Positions 44,027-57,896 of a DNA stretch of 64,000 nt are shown here, piece by piece. The position numbers were made by a program, and so were the translations under genes. The stretch spans positions 20,770,001-20,834,000 of the forward strand of contig CM120642.1 of assembly GCA_051362555.1 (NCBI GenBank), given 5' to 3'. The notes below the pieces were generated by a model that saw only the letters and a list, made by a program, of their open reading frames with translations, was not told the DNA's origin and did no database searches. Every line of letters begins with the position of its first letter. The first letter of the stretch is position 1. This stretch comes from Lingula anatina. Its lineage: Eukaryota; Animalia; Brachiopoda.

Positions 44027-44224
44027 ATTGGCATGGGATTCGGGGGCGGCCGAAAAATTTTGTGATTTTAGAGGGCGAAAGGTGCCATTTAGTACGGTTT
44101 AGAACTATGAATCAGCTAGTCAAATTCTCATTTCAAGAGGGGACCATTGGTGTTTTTTTCTTTTTCAGAAATAGAAAGGGGGGGGGGGTCAGGACTCCCC
44201 TGACACCGCCTAAATCCGCCACTG
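43923..44224. mobile_element. MITE, CAG..CTG termini, 5-bp TSD AGTAA
   Basis: CAGGAGCGGATTAAGG...AAATCCGCCACTG flanked by AGTAA; homologous to 5402-5667. Confidence 0.75.
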
Positions 44225-44695
44225 AGTAACAATGAAAATATATGGAGAAAGGGTGGGTCCGTGGACGCGAAAACACATAGTTAGGCTTGCCTTTCATCTT
44301 GGTTCCTGCATATACCTAAACAGAAAAACACTACGCTTTCTCATCTTGATTATTCTAAGCCCGCACCTTTTTTCTAAGCTCTCTTCTCCCAGTTCCAGTG
44401 TTTATGTAAATATACCATAGGTGATGTTCTTAAAGACCTTATTACACATATTTACAACTGAGATCAGGATTATTTTCAATCAATATCCCATGATTATATT
44501 TCTTATATGTTTTGTTTACAACAATATAAGTAAACAGTAAAACAGGTTATGACCGTGCCGTCAAGTACCAAGGCACTGACTAACAGCATGGAAGTGAGCC
44601 TTAGTTCATCATCCTAGGCACTGAGTATTTTATCCGGTTGTCCCGTCTGTCAGTCATTTTTCTCCAATTTGAGCAAATACATGTATATATATATA

Positions 44696-45154
44696 CTCCC
44701 CTAGCAAAAAAAGTGTCACCCCTAACATAATGCGTAAAGTGATACACAACCAATGTTCCTCATTCAACTTTTAAAAGGAATTTTTCACAAAAATTTACGG
44801 ATTGTACAACCAATGAATAAACTGACGATTGTCAAAAATCAAAGCCACATCTCAGTATTTTGTACAGCATCTTCTGGATTAGAGGGCACCACTGTCGCGT
44901 CTGTGAGGGGAGTCAAAAAGTCCTGTAACGTTTGGGCATTGATCGCGTTCCACATACGGTGCAGAGTTTGATATCATTTATTTTTTACAGAGTTATCCCT
45001 CCGTTATCCATTCCCGAGGTTATTCCACACATTCTTAATGAGGTTCTGTTCTAGGGATTTTTTTTAGCTGGCCATTGGTGGGGCGTGTTTGTTTGGGCCT
45101 GGTTCGCATATACATGTATATCGGGTTCAGGTGACACTCTTTTTGCTAGGGTAG
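44696..45154. mobile_element. Tc1/mariner-type non-autonomous element, TA TSD
   Basis: TA|CTCCCCTAGCAAAAAAAGTGTCACC ... GGTGACACTCTTTTTGCTAGGGTAG|TA. Confidence 0.75.
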
Positions 45155-45866
45155 TATGTATTTTAAGCTGAACCTGATTCAGATGCAGAATGCGGGAGTA
45201 CTTTTCTAGATGGGCTACTAGTATTTCAACATGCAGAAGTGCAGGAAATCATGATAAACGAAAAAAGTGCAAAATTGTGTCTTTACGTATGGATGCATTT
45301 TTGACACAAATTTGCAAGGGTGGTAAGCCAGCAACAGGGCTTTTTTTGTTATGACTTCATAATCGAAATCATCCCCTCCCATTTTGTGACTTTTGATCAA
45401 CGCTGTCTATACATTTATTTTAACTAAATTTGATTACGATCTGTATTCGTTCAAATAAAGATGAGGAATTGTCTGTAATGGTTTTATTACATATATAGTT
45501 TTAATTTTCTGAATGGCTAAAAATCTTGTTTATGCTAGGGATTCATTATATACAGAAAATGGAATGATTGTATTAGGTGTGAAGTTTGGTTGCGACGATT
45601 GCCCAAAACTGAATTTTCATATGTGCTTGCTTTAATATTCCAGCCACTTAATTCATATTGTTCCTCTTTCTCGTTGATCTCAGGGTCAAATGCTTAAAAG
45701 TGGAGTCAGCACGTTTTTATCATTTACCAGATTTTCCTTCATATATAATTTGCTACATGTATAATGTTCATTATAAATGACATGTAAATTATCATACAGT
45801 ACCGTATGAACGACACGCTCAACCGTTCTTCTTCTTCTGTTTTATTGAAAAAAATATATGATATAT

Positions 45867-46190
45867 CAGGGGTGGATCCAGGATTATTTGAAGGGGGTGG
45901 GGTCCGGTTTTTCAGGAATGACAAGCCTCGGATGCGAAGCCGACCCTCGCCCCCTCCTCCACCCCCCTTGACGTGGGGTTCAGGACCCGTTGAAGAGTAC
46001 TGGAAAATTTTGGTATTTTAGAGGGCGAACGGTGCCATTTGCTAGAACTACATGTATGATAAAGCTAGAACTATGGTTAAGCTAGTCGAAATTCTAATAT
46101 CAAGAGAGGAGCATTTGTGTGATTTATTTTTCAGAAACCGAAAGGGGGGGGGGGGGGTAGGACACCTACCTCCCCCTTAACCCGCCACTG
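45867..46190. mobile_element. MITE of the same family as 5402 and 43923
   Basis: CAGGGGTGGATCCAGGATTATTTGAAGG...TTAACCCGCCACTG with shared interior. Confidence 0.7.
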
Positions 46191-47221
46191 CTTAGACTGA
46201 GAGTTTTGCCTGTGCTGCGATCTCGGCCTCATTGTGACGGCTAGCACAAAATTCATGCGTTGTACTGGTTGTGCTTAAGCACGGCAGGAAAGGTCTCAAA
46301 AAGTGTTAACTTTCGACCAGTTTGCGCTCCCACACAAAAAAAAAACCCAGCCCGTCCCCTCCTGTGTTGACGCGAAAAAAAAAGTGGGTTGGGGGCTTTT
46401 AAAACACCATTCATTTTATAGCCTTGTACTAAAAATCCGTTGCCTTGGGCAGCCGTATGTGTGTGAGGAGGGGGGCTTCCCCCAATATATTTTGAATTAA
46501 GCCACTGATGTTGTGATTTTGTCATGTAAACCAAATATTGGTCTTCAAAATGGAAGATAGACTGCCTTGTATCAATAAAATTAACAAACCTAGGCTGGAC
46601 TAGTCTCTATAGTAGACAGCGAATGGACTATTGCTCTCTACAAAAATTGCTCCGTTCATGAGAAGACGCGTTACTGTCTACCATTAAAAACCCAGTTCAA
46701 TATAAAATAGAACGACTTTTTATATCAACCCTGTGTCAATTTTTGATTCCCCATCGAGTAAATTCTGAATCATTCTTACGTATATAGAGATTAAAATAGA
46801 TTAAAATAAATGAAGAGAGAGAGAGGTTGAACAATAAGAACGGAACTATTATATACGGCATTTCGGTACTGAGTTTACTTGTGAATGGAAATCAGGGCTT
46901 TAAGCTTACTTTTACTTAAAAGTAACCTAAAAGTTAGCTCAGTATCCGTGGGTATTTCTAAGGGCAAATTCGGGACAAAGGAGGCCAAGATATGAAGTGG
47001 CCTCGTACCCGTTTCCTCTGTTTACACCCCTTTGACTTTTCTGCTGACAAACCGACTTTTCTCGTCCTGAACTCAAAACTATGGAAGATTTTTACCTAAT
47101 CCGTCTCTTTAGTTGTGTTATTGAAAATGTATACAAATACCGTGTCCATATAAAAGTATTATAAAATAAATGAAATAGTTGTTATTGCATACAGATATCA
47201 CACCTTGTAATGTATATTATA

Positions 47222-48882
47222 CAGACTTGACATTTAATATGGAATATTTTTTCCAAATCATTTTTCATCAGTTTTTTCCCTATTTTACTGACTGATAAAT
47301 GAAAATAAGGATTAAAATCGTGTTCTAATAACTTTTAATTATCTCTTTGATGTCATTGTGACATCAGTTCGTTAATGGAATTAGCCAGAGAAGCAAACAA
47401 AAACACATTGCCTTTTCTACGTCATACGGCAACCATTAAATGAGATATTTTAGATCTCCATATTTTCCAAATTATTGTCTGTAAAAGAGTTACACGCTCC
47501 ACAAATGACCCTCATGTCAGTGTCTAGTCACAGTAACAGTCGCTGTTACGCCTGACCTCTTCTGGCTGCTACCAGCGCTCTCAAGCGGCAAGGCATTCCT
47601 TGGGATATGTTTTTAGAGTTCAATCTGGAATAACATTCCAGGCATCGGTCGAAATCTGTCCAATTTGGCCCAGTTTTGTTGTAGGACATGTAGGCCATTC
47701 ATTTGGCGAGTAATGGCCTACCCACATATTGTCTACGTGGTTCAAATATGGCGGTTTTGATGACCAAGGTAGCTGTTCATTCCCTTGGTTCTCTAAGTAA
47801 TCTGTTATTAAAAGTGCTCTGTGTGAACCGGCAATCCCACCCTACAACCTAAAATTGTTCTTAAGGTGCCCCCTATCAAATGATAGTCAAGTGGTTCCCA
47901 GATTATTCCTTTATTTAATCTGGTTCAGGTTTTCGTCGATGACTGCCATTGGTGTTTTGGCACCAATGTGGTATCCACTTCAAATACTGACGCTGTTAAT
48001 GACCTAAGTCACTTTAGAGGCGGCACACACTTCGTCGTTGGCCTCTTCTGGATGTCTGTAAACTCTGTTTTGACTAGTTGAGCGGTACAGGTTAAATCTG
48101 ACCTCAATAAAGAAAGCCACGAGGTTTCAGTGTTCAACCCAGAAACGGTCATGGTCCCTAATTCATTAGAGAAACATACAACGATGTTTTGCTGTTTACA
48201 GTGGGTTCCTCGGAGGTCGTCTGGTATGCTAACCTGCAAAAACCAGTTTGGTGTTCGCTAAGGGCCTTGAAAAATGCGTTTTGGTGGCAATTTACCCCCC
48301 ATTCTGAACGGACTGGGTGGTTTTTGTTTAGTTGCAACGGCATATCCTGAAAGACAGTGGGTCCTGTACTCTGGTGGTAAGATTTTAATACATTGGGTGT
48401 GGCCTCTATGTAGGTACATCAGGCTGGGCATTATTCTATAAAACTGTGCGGACCGTTTCGTTTGGCGCAATTAACTGACTGGCAATGTCTGTCTTTTTCG
48501 CGCCATTTTGCCACAGATTAACAAACTTGCAAAGCACTGCATAGCTCATTTTACACACTGCAAAACCGACCACTTGCATGCAAAATTTCAAATTCTTCTA
48601 TGCAGTAGTTGCCGACATATGGATACTTTTTTGACAGAACCGTGCTTTGCCAAAGCCAAGCCTTGACCTGCCCAAAGGAGCACTACCCAATTAAATTACA
48701 TCATATTACATAATGCAGCAGCGTAACAAACCTGATATTCAGTTAATTGGAAGCGACACACCTGACTACACACTTCTCCATTCACATATCTTATATGAGA
48801 TATTAGTTTTTTGAAAAAAGAACGCATTTCTACCTAGGCACACCTTCGAAACTGAAATATTCCATATTAAATGTCAAGTCTG
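47222..48882 (-). mobile_element. Full-length but decayed Tc1-like transposon (1.66 kb)
   Basis: Perfect 28-bp TIRs CAGACTTGACATTTAATATGGAATATTT with TA TSD. Minus-strand remnants HRALLITDYLENQGNEQLPWSSKPPYLNHVDNMW and GMPCRLRALVAARRG. The empty site is visible in the paralogous flank at ~39499. Confidence 0.9.
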
Positions 48883-49226
48883 TATGATGAATTACTGGCC
48901 TCACTTAAAAACTGACTTAATGCAACATGTCCCATTTCTAATGGAAATATAACATAAATAATAACCTGCAAAAAATTAATTATGGTGTAGAGGTATAACG
49001 TAATCTAAAGAGCCACAATATACCCGTTCTAAATAAAATTTTAAATGCGTAATTAAAACATACTTCCAATTTCCTACTCAAGCGCATGCTTTTCGGAAAG
49101 AGAATCCCTGTCATATATATTTAGTGGAGATCATATAAATATATATATTCCGAAAAATAACATACAAAATAAGTGCAATGAATTACAAAATAAATGCATA
49201 TTAATGTTCATTGCATAATTTGAAAA

Positions 49227-49890
49227 TCAAGCCTCCTCAAATACGGAAATTAAAACGTTTTCAAAGGCTCCATTTTGAACAACTGATAAAATCTTCTCCA
49301 GCCACGTATCAATTGCTGCCTGGCCGTGGTAAAATGGCACTCCCACCGTGTGACGTATGTACCAGTACGCTCTCTGTGAACCTAAAATAAAATAAACTAC
49401 AACTTAACTGTGATCAAATCATTCAGATCAGATACAGGCTAGGTATCTTAGTAATAGGTAAAGCGGCCGAAGACTCGATTCTATTAATTTTTATTTAAGC
49501 AATTCGTTAAAACGTCTTTATTTGAAGACAACGTCTCAAGATCAAACGCTCAATATACGCCAATTTCAAAAATTGCAATATAAAACAGCTCACCTTTTCC
49601 TAGGCAGTCAGCAGTCCCTAAATGACCGTTACACGCATCAGACATCAGTGATTTCATAGCGCCACATATTTCACTGCGGATGTCTTCTTCTTTGTGACCA
49701 TTTTTAGGAATTTTCTCAGCAAACCTAGCTGCAGATTCCTCTGGGTTGAAAAGGAAATCATACCATTTGTTTTCTTTGAGAAAAGAGGCAAGGAATTCCT
49801 TATGGGGTTTCCCCATTTTGTCAATTGTCATCAGTACCTAAAAAAGATAAAAATGAGTTTCAGCTCAAATTGATACAATTTTTATTTTGT

Positions 49891-49929
<39 letters not shown>

Positions 49930-51928
49930 TTTGCAGCCAGGAAGTGTCTGTTTTGAAACTAAATGTATTCGCAATGTTGTAATTAGAGTGCGATTTGAAT
50001 AAAATATGGAAGGAATAATTATTCTACTATATTGCTTAAACAATAATTTATATAACTTGCTATTGTATTTCAAGTTTGGATAGAAAAATTTTTCTAAATA
50101 AAATTTCGCAAAAAAAAAAAAGAAAATAATAACAATATATGTATTCATGCTAACCTTATTACGCAGATATCTCAGGTCCAAGGCCTGACATAGTAAACAC
50201 AAATGATTGGCTAGCATCATCTGTAATATCTCCAGCGCTTCTCGAGTAAGACGAGAACTGACGAGAGCCATGGAGTTGACAGATTGGTTCTGGCATTCAG
50301 CAGAGAGCACGTGGTTGGACATTGGGTTGGCCAGGTGATCTAACTCTGACATGTACGATGCCATGGCAGTATCAGCTCCTTTGAAACCAAAATCGAGATT
50401 GATGTCTGATCCGCAGAGATTTGGCGGAAGGTCGTGGTTAATGCGATGGTTGACAATTTCTTGGAATTGTGCCAAAAGGAGCTTTCCACAGACTTGCAAC
50501 GCTTGACGAGTTTGATCTAATGTTATTGAAAGCGTTTCTCCTTGGAAATTGCCTCCATGAGCAATAGTGTCGGTGCGGTGGTCGATGACTGGGTTGTCAT
50601 TGGCACAATTCAGTTCCACGTTTATTCGTCGACAGGCCTCTTTGAGAGTCTCGATCACCGGGCCTAACCATTGTGGGGCCGTCCTTATGCTGTAACGGTC
50701 TTGCTTCAAAGACCCGTATGTATCAGGTAGATGCATCTCTAACGTCGAGACGGCGAGTTGACTTCCGTCCAATATTTTCAACATGTTGTTAGAAACTTCT
50801 TTCAAACCGACGTGCTGAAGGCAAGTATGGTGGACTGGATGGAAACTTTCCAATTTACCTTGTAGTGCTTCTACGGCCAGCCCTGTGCAAATCTGTGTTA
50901 GAAGGACAGCAATGTTGGCTTCATAAATGGTTTGAGCGGCGGTACCAGCAGCGAAAGAGGTGGCATTGATAATGGCGAGTCCTTCTTTTGGTCCCATCAC
51001 CAATGGTTCTAGATTGGCTTCTTTAAGGGCAACGGGACATGGCATGATTTGACCTCTAACCATTACGTTGATATCTTCTCTTCCGATCATGGCTGCTGCT
51101 ATATAACCCAAAGGCATCAAGTCACCACTGGCGCTGACAGATCCACGCAGAGGAACGATAGGAACGATATCGTTATTAATCATGGCTACCAGTAACTGTA
51201 CCACGTCTGGACGTACTCCTGAGTAAGCCTTAGCGAGACAATTGGCCCTTGTGACCATCACTGCGCGCACCATGTCTGGAGGAAAGGTTCGACCCATCCC
51301 GGCATTGATGTGTTGTATCAAAGCTTTCTGCAACTTTTCTAACTCCAGAGTGCGGGTATCAGCGCTGTTTCCAAACCCTGTGTTGATACCGTATATAACC
51401 AACCTATCTTCGGTCACTTTCTTTCGAAGATACTCGGCATTTTGAGCCATTTCATTCAGGGAATGGTCAGAAATGGACAGCTTGATGTGCGTATTTTTGC
51501 TGCTCTCATGTACCTGTAAAGAGAGGTGATCGTCATAAGGTCCCAAGAATAATATCTCTCAAAATTATTGCATTTGAGACTCAATGTGAACATTAAAAAT
51601 AGATGGATTTACATTAAAAAGCAAAAGTACACGCACGCACGCACGCACTCACACACACAGTTTCAAGGTTGAATATTCTCAATTCTGGAAATGCCACAGA
51701 TCAATATGTTAGAAATGACGAGCTGTTTCATTATGTGGATAAAAGTGCCAATTCAATATACACAGGGCAGGTTAATATCTAGCTGATAACTGCAAAGAAA
51801 ACTAATGTACGTACGTGTGCAATATTCAGCCCTTTCCCGTCAACTGTGAAGGTTTCTTCATCTCTGATCAGCTTTCGCTCCTGCATTAACTGTAATGTGA
51901 GACTGAGATGAGTTTTGTCCTCACCCAT
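49227..51928 (-). CDS. MIO-dependent aromatic amino-acid ammonia-lyase, copy B (TAL/PTAL-type His switch; ~623 aa)
   Basis: Exons 51928-51815, 51513-50155, 49837-49594 and 49381-49227, with the same lengths as copy A. LIQHINAG, ASG at 51124-51132, KGADTAMASY. Confidence 0.92.
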
Positions 51929-52423
51929 TTTGATATTTTCTTCCGTATGGCGTGTGCTTCTTATTTTTTTCTGTATTGCTTGTGTTTCTTTCTTTATTCT
52001 GAAATAGGAAAATGAAAGAAAAGTTAGACACACCATGTCATTTCCAACTACAGTAAACTAAGCAACTGCAGTATCTGCAAAAAGAAAATATTAAAAGCAA
52101 AAAATTCACCGCGTTGACTCTGCTATGTGTAATTATGTAGCATATTGTAGCCTCTATTCGGTATATCTGTACTTACCTGTTTCCACTCACAGTACGTTAC
52201 GTGTCGTGTTACCTCGTGTTTCACTTTTTTGTAACTGTTAATAATCAGAGCTTTTATATAGTGTTCGTGCAGCCTCGCCAGGTCACCATCCACTTGTCAA
52301 CAGTCATTTATTTTCGAAATGCGTCACACGGGTAGCGTCCTAACGTCACCCTGCGCCTATTTTGGTGAAACTTAGCCCTATTAGCCAGAGATGTCAACAG
52401 GTTGTTTGTCGGCATAAACAAGT

Positions 52424-52580
52424 CAGGGGCGGATTTAGGCCGTCTTCTGGGTTTTCCGGAAGACGGTCAGATTTTCAAGTTTAATTCTAATTTTTCTGTC
52501 GGAAGACGGTCAAAAGTGGAGGATGGATCAATAAAGATAATTCGGAAGCCTGTCAGAAAATATCTCTGGATCCGCCCCTG
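52424..52580. mobile_element. MITE inserted in lyase B upstream region
   Basis: CAGGGGCGGAT...ATCCGCCCCTG with CAAGT/CAAGC flanks. It is absent at the homologous site upstream of copy A (~43146). Confidence 0.8.
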
Positions 52581-55500
52581 CAAGCACATAACTTAAGCTA
52601 ATTTTATCCACTGAAATATTACTTTAATATCCGGACGAGCTCTCGCATGACAATTTTGAGCTTTTGAAGAGTGACATATCTAAATTGGTTTAAATTCTTA
52701 AATAGCATTTACATTGGAAAAAATCTACTAAATGTATACTTTTTGATAACTTGAAGCAGTTTACATTGATATTAACCTCGAAATTAAACCGTAAGCTAAC
52801 CATTATATACCTGTCCGTTATGAATCAGGACTTTATTCGCTAGGCGCATATATTACTATTATTTTCCGTCGTATGAATCTAGGTATGGAAGTTTTGGAAG
52901 GAAAGCTTTGGTAGGAAAGTTTTATTGTGCACAGCTTGTCATCGGGTATTATGCTAAAATATCGGGACTGTGAATATACAAAATTATTTTTTCCTGATGT
53001 ACACGTAGAATGGGGACATACCTCTTTTGAACATTAAAGGATAGTCTTTGATGTCAAGAACTACAAAAAATGTCACATTCGCCCACACCCCCAGTAACGA
53101 TCTCCACGACGTATAACGACAGAGATCTAGACCTTTTACGATTTCACTGGAACGGCTAGAATTTCCGTATGTTCAGTAAGAATGAAAATAAATATACAGT
53201 AGAGAAGATGGATCCATCGAAAGGAATTGGAATATACCGGTACAGATTTGCTTGCCTCCACCTTTTCTTCTTGCTTCCTAAATAGGCCTGTATAAAAACC
53301 GAAAACACATTCTGTGCCCCCACTTCCGGATAATTCTACCTCCACTCCTCTCCTCCCCCAGTCATCAGTCATTTATTATGTGAGTATAGGTGAAGTTCGC
53401 AAAGAGCAAGTACACATATTTACAAAGAATTGTTTTTTATTAAGCACCATCCCCTGATTACATTTGTTTACACTAAGAGACGTAAAAAACACGCCGTTTA
53501 TCCAGTATCAGGGCATTTAAGAGTCTCTACGTTCCTTTTTGGGGTAAGTGTTGTTATTTGTCGACCTGGTTTTGAGTCATTATGAAGTCATTTTGAGTCA
53601 TTATGTAGAGGGCAGTTTTGGCAGGACAAATCAGTCGCAGTCTCCTTCAAAACTTCACTAAGGAGAAGCACTTACTGCTGATGTGGACGTACTGTAACTG
53701 TAAATGCGACTTTTGTACGGCTTAAACCTTATTTTAAATTGAAAGTAAATGAAGGAAAATTCTCTTGTGATGAATCAAAAATAAAACAAACGTATTTTAA
53801 GCGTATTTATTATTTAATTTTTCTTACCTTATTCAGATGAACTAGTGGAAACGAGCTCTTATAGAAATAACAATTAAAAGATATGAATCTGCGAAAATAA
53901 CTCACAGGCCCTGTGTCAAAAGAAACTAAGTAATATTAACAGTAGGATGTCCTTTGGAAAAAGGTGCTAGGACTATATTGCAGGAAATGTGTTTCTAAGT
54001 ACGAAATTGGTAAAATTCAAGAAATATTCGCACATGCATAGAAGTTTTGAACTTTCAAAGGAAAGCTCCATACCTTCCTCTGTTAGGCAGTCTTTGCATT
54101 TTTAAAATCTGAAAAGACGTCAAACATAAGGGATGGAACTTCCCTGTGGCACCGCCGAATAAAATACACATAACCGCAGTTTTTCAAACTTATTTTTAAC
54201 TAACCTCAATAACAATAATAAAAACTGCGATGACTTATATATTTTTCCACAGCTGCAAATAATGCCCTTGAAATGTGAGTGTGACGCACGGATTCAGCTT
54301 TCAAATTGTACTAGGGCATTGGTCAAATATGAATATAAAAGCATAAACACCAAATACCAGTACAATCTAATGGAAAACAAAAGGCATATCTAATAATGGT
54401 TTACAAAAATCGTATTCGCTTTGCCAGAATTCTGCTAACCTGATTTTATTCAAATCCCCACAATGGAGGGTGAAAGGTGAAGAACATTGGGCTGTAGAAT
54501 TTTAGACCCGCACATTTATGATTTATTGAAGACTTATCATGAGTTATGTATGGCATTTATTCTGCGTTAAAAATATATTTTTATCTGAAGAGGTCGTGTC
54601 CCTCCACCACAACAGGCACATTAATTATTCTGTCAAAAAATTGTTACCAAATACTAGTATGACCGCTGTAAAATATTGTACCGTGCAACGGCGAGCCTAA
54701 CACGGAGGAATTTTACTATACTAGGGGAGTTGGTGGATCGACATAAATCCAATCAAATCATCATTGGCTGTATATTAAAACAAACGACATCTGTGTGCAC
54801 AAGTCACAGTCTACCTCAAACTCATACGAGTGTCTCGAAAACTTCTAGATTTATTTCTGGATACCTGCTACTTGGTCTCAGCATTTACAGTAAATTACTG
54901 TAACCCTGGTTGGTTACTTATTTTTATGAGAGCGACGGCTTGGAATCACACAACAACTTCAGATGTGGTTCATGACGATTTTATTCCTCATACACGGTCT
55001 ACAGTCTGGCACGCAGGCAGGGTCTGTCTCGTCGATCTCCCGGGGTCTCTCTCTCACTAACTGAGAAGCCATCATTTTATAGGGAATCGTTCTAAGTCCT
55101 GCGTGCCCAATAACTATTACTAAATGTGTGTAATTTATAGGAATAATAAAGGAACTAAAGGTAACATACGTGATTAATAGGAAGTATGAGAAAACTAAAT
55201 ACAGGGACTATATTACATTCCATAGTAGCCCTGAACACGGATATGTTCTCCGGGTAGGAAGGTTACATAACGCTCGGACCTGGGAATGGCCTCAACTGAA
55301 ATTTCCCCAGGTGTAGTGACTGTTTTTGGTGGAAGAGATCAAAAGAGCGAAATGACTATAATGAGGCCAAAGTATTTCTACAATTTTAGAGTCGGCACCG
55401 GGTTTCCATTTTCTGTCATCTGAAAGGGGTGTATCTTCAATTACTTAAATAAATTACTCTACTGAGATTTTTGTTTCTAATTTTACATACAGAGGGGCAT

Positions 55501-57497
55501 TCTAAGTTGGCATGATGAATAACAATAAAATGGTAGATGATTACGAAAAGATAACAAAGATTCTAAGCTTATGTGATGTATGATGTGTCAAAATATTTCT
55601 TGAGATTTTAGAGAAGCACTGATACATCACAAAGGGGGTAAGGTAATATTGGACGTGACAAATTACAGTGTGCCTGAGTATAAATGTAACCTAAGAACTT
55701 GAATGCCATTTATTTTATGTTAACAAACTTTATACACTCCATATATTTTTGAAACCCAGAGAAGTTACAAATCTACTGTTACAAACAAAATGCCACTATA
55801 TGTAGCTCTACTGGCAAATATTTTATTATTTGAATATGCTATGAGGAGATGCTCCAAATGTGCTCCTTTCTGCTAAAGACACTCTTCTTTTCTACGGGCG
55901 AAGTTGTCGATGACTTTGATGTACTTTTCCTTTGAAATAGCTCCGATTTCTTGAGTGATTGCTGCTCTGGGATGTTCCTGTAGATTCAATCCGTCAGAAT
56001 AAAATTTGGAGGTTGAGGACGGGGAGTGGGGGGGGGGGGATTCTTAATAAATTATTCATGGGCATGGACTTGGGTTCAGGAGCTAAAAGGTGCAAAAAGG
56101 GTTTAGACGGGGTATCGGCAAGATGAGGATACCCTTCATACAGCAAAAGTTTCTCTGGAGTGGCTGGACCAGAAGTTTCTTAACCGACTCATCAACTGTA
56201 AACAGGAACCTGAGTGGTCTCCGCATTCATCGACCTCACCTCCACCCCCAAGGGACGCGTTGTTTGTTTCCGTATATTTACTAATTTCTCTAGTTTTTAG
56301 AAATACGTGGGCTGTATATAGTCTGTAAACAGCAAATAAATGCTGATCACGTTCTTGGGTTACATTTGTTCTTGGACAATCGGTGAGATTATGCAGTGAG
56401 AGACCATAGCCAGTTACAGAGGACATAATCTAAATTAACATCAAATTATATTCTAGTAAGGCTTGACATGAAAAGTAAATCATGTATATTTAATCATGTT
56501 AGCGTGTCTTTTTCTTTTATTGAATTTCAACATGCAACTGGAGTATATTTATTTACATAAGATCGTAAAATGATAACTATAATAATGTAATGATCATGAC
56601 ACCTGTCCCTACTAGCCGTTAAATTAAAAGTTGAAGGAAGATGTTCTGTTAAATGTATTTTCTTGTTCTACATCTGTAACCATGACCAGAATCCGGCTAT
56701 TCCTAAGGGGTGTGGGGCACAATGTTAATTTTTTCCCTATCTTCTTGTTGGGAATTACAAAGTTGTTTTAACATGAGGATAATGATGTTGTAAGGGCACA
56801 ATGAAGAAAAAGTGCTTGGTTTTATCTCGCTTTGGTGCTTATACTGTTTTTTTTTGGGGGGGGGGGACAGGGGTGAAGGCTATTTTTAAAGGTGAGGGAG
56901 GGGGCATTGCTCGAGCTTGAACCGTAAAAAAACACTTAACTCTGTGGTGGGCTTGGCCAGTAGGTCACATGTATCACGCACTTTCGCGATTTTCAATTCT
57001 TGCATTGTCTCATGCCTGCCTATTACGAAACGTTATAGATTGTTTAAAAGCATACCAGTCATTTTCCGATTTGGTAGCAAGGTTGCAAAATTGATTTTTG
57101 CTGTTTTGATATACATGTATTATTTTAACCCAGTGATGCGAATTTGAGGACCGTCCCAATATTTGCAATTTTTTCATGATCTCTTCTTAGCTGTTGGACG
57201 TCAATTGGTGAATCTGAGAGAAAACAGAGGCTTGGTTTTGCAGTCCGTATACTAATTTATTTAAAATTATAAGTCACGCGGGGTCAATGCCACGCACTTC
57301 ATTCTCAGCGAGTTTCAGTACATATTTGATATTTCCCCTCACTTTATTCACTGTGTATATGCACGTGCATAGGTGTGTGTGTGTGTGTGTTAATTCAGCA
57401 ATAAGATAACGTCAGAATGATACGTCAACAAAATAATACATAAGGTCCAGTCAACATGGTCAAGATAGATAGGCCTCTGTATTCAATTAATATCAGT

Positions 57498-57615
57498 CAC
57501 GTGCACTGACCATATATAATGAAGGTGCGCAGCCCACGAAGGACACAAATGCATTCAAACAAGAAGACTGAACCAGAAGCGAAATAATCCGGAGTGTGCT
57601 AAAACTGAGGTGAGT
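57498..57615 (+). promoter_or_regulatory. Putative promoter and non-coding first exon of lyase C
   Basis: CACGTG at 57498, TATATAA at 57513-57519, donor GAG|GTGAGT at 57610 and acceptor TTTTTCAG at 57846 ahead of the ATG. Confidence 0.5.
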
Positions 57616-57896
57616 GAAGCTAAAACAAGTCTGTTAAAAGGTAACAGTCGACCCCGCGTGTGCTTAATGAAAGAGAAATAAGATAGGAAGAGAAATGAAA
57701 TACGTTTTAGATACTTAAAGTAATGCCAGATCTTAGTAAAAACCGTTGTTGACCATGAATGGTACTTCTCGTAAGTCTGTTCTCTCTCCCTCTCATGTCC
57801 CTGGCCCGCAAACGCTCACACTCAATGATCATTTTGTCCTTTTCAGCAGTAAGGATCAGCAGTATATAATAGTGCTCTGACACTCCTGAAAACATA

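Noticed and set aside
39350-53520. Copies A and B as a haplotig or false duplication
   Set aside because: Introns, promoter and insertion content are clearly diverged, and there are many synonymous differences in the specificity segment.
54860-56430. Exon-like GC-richer patches between lyases B and C on the minus strand
   Set aside because: The frames I translated contain stops and no family is recognisable. They may be a decayed gene or transposon, but no call can be supported.
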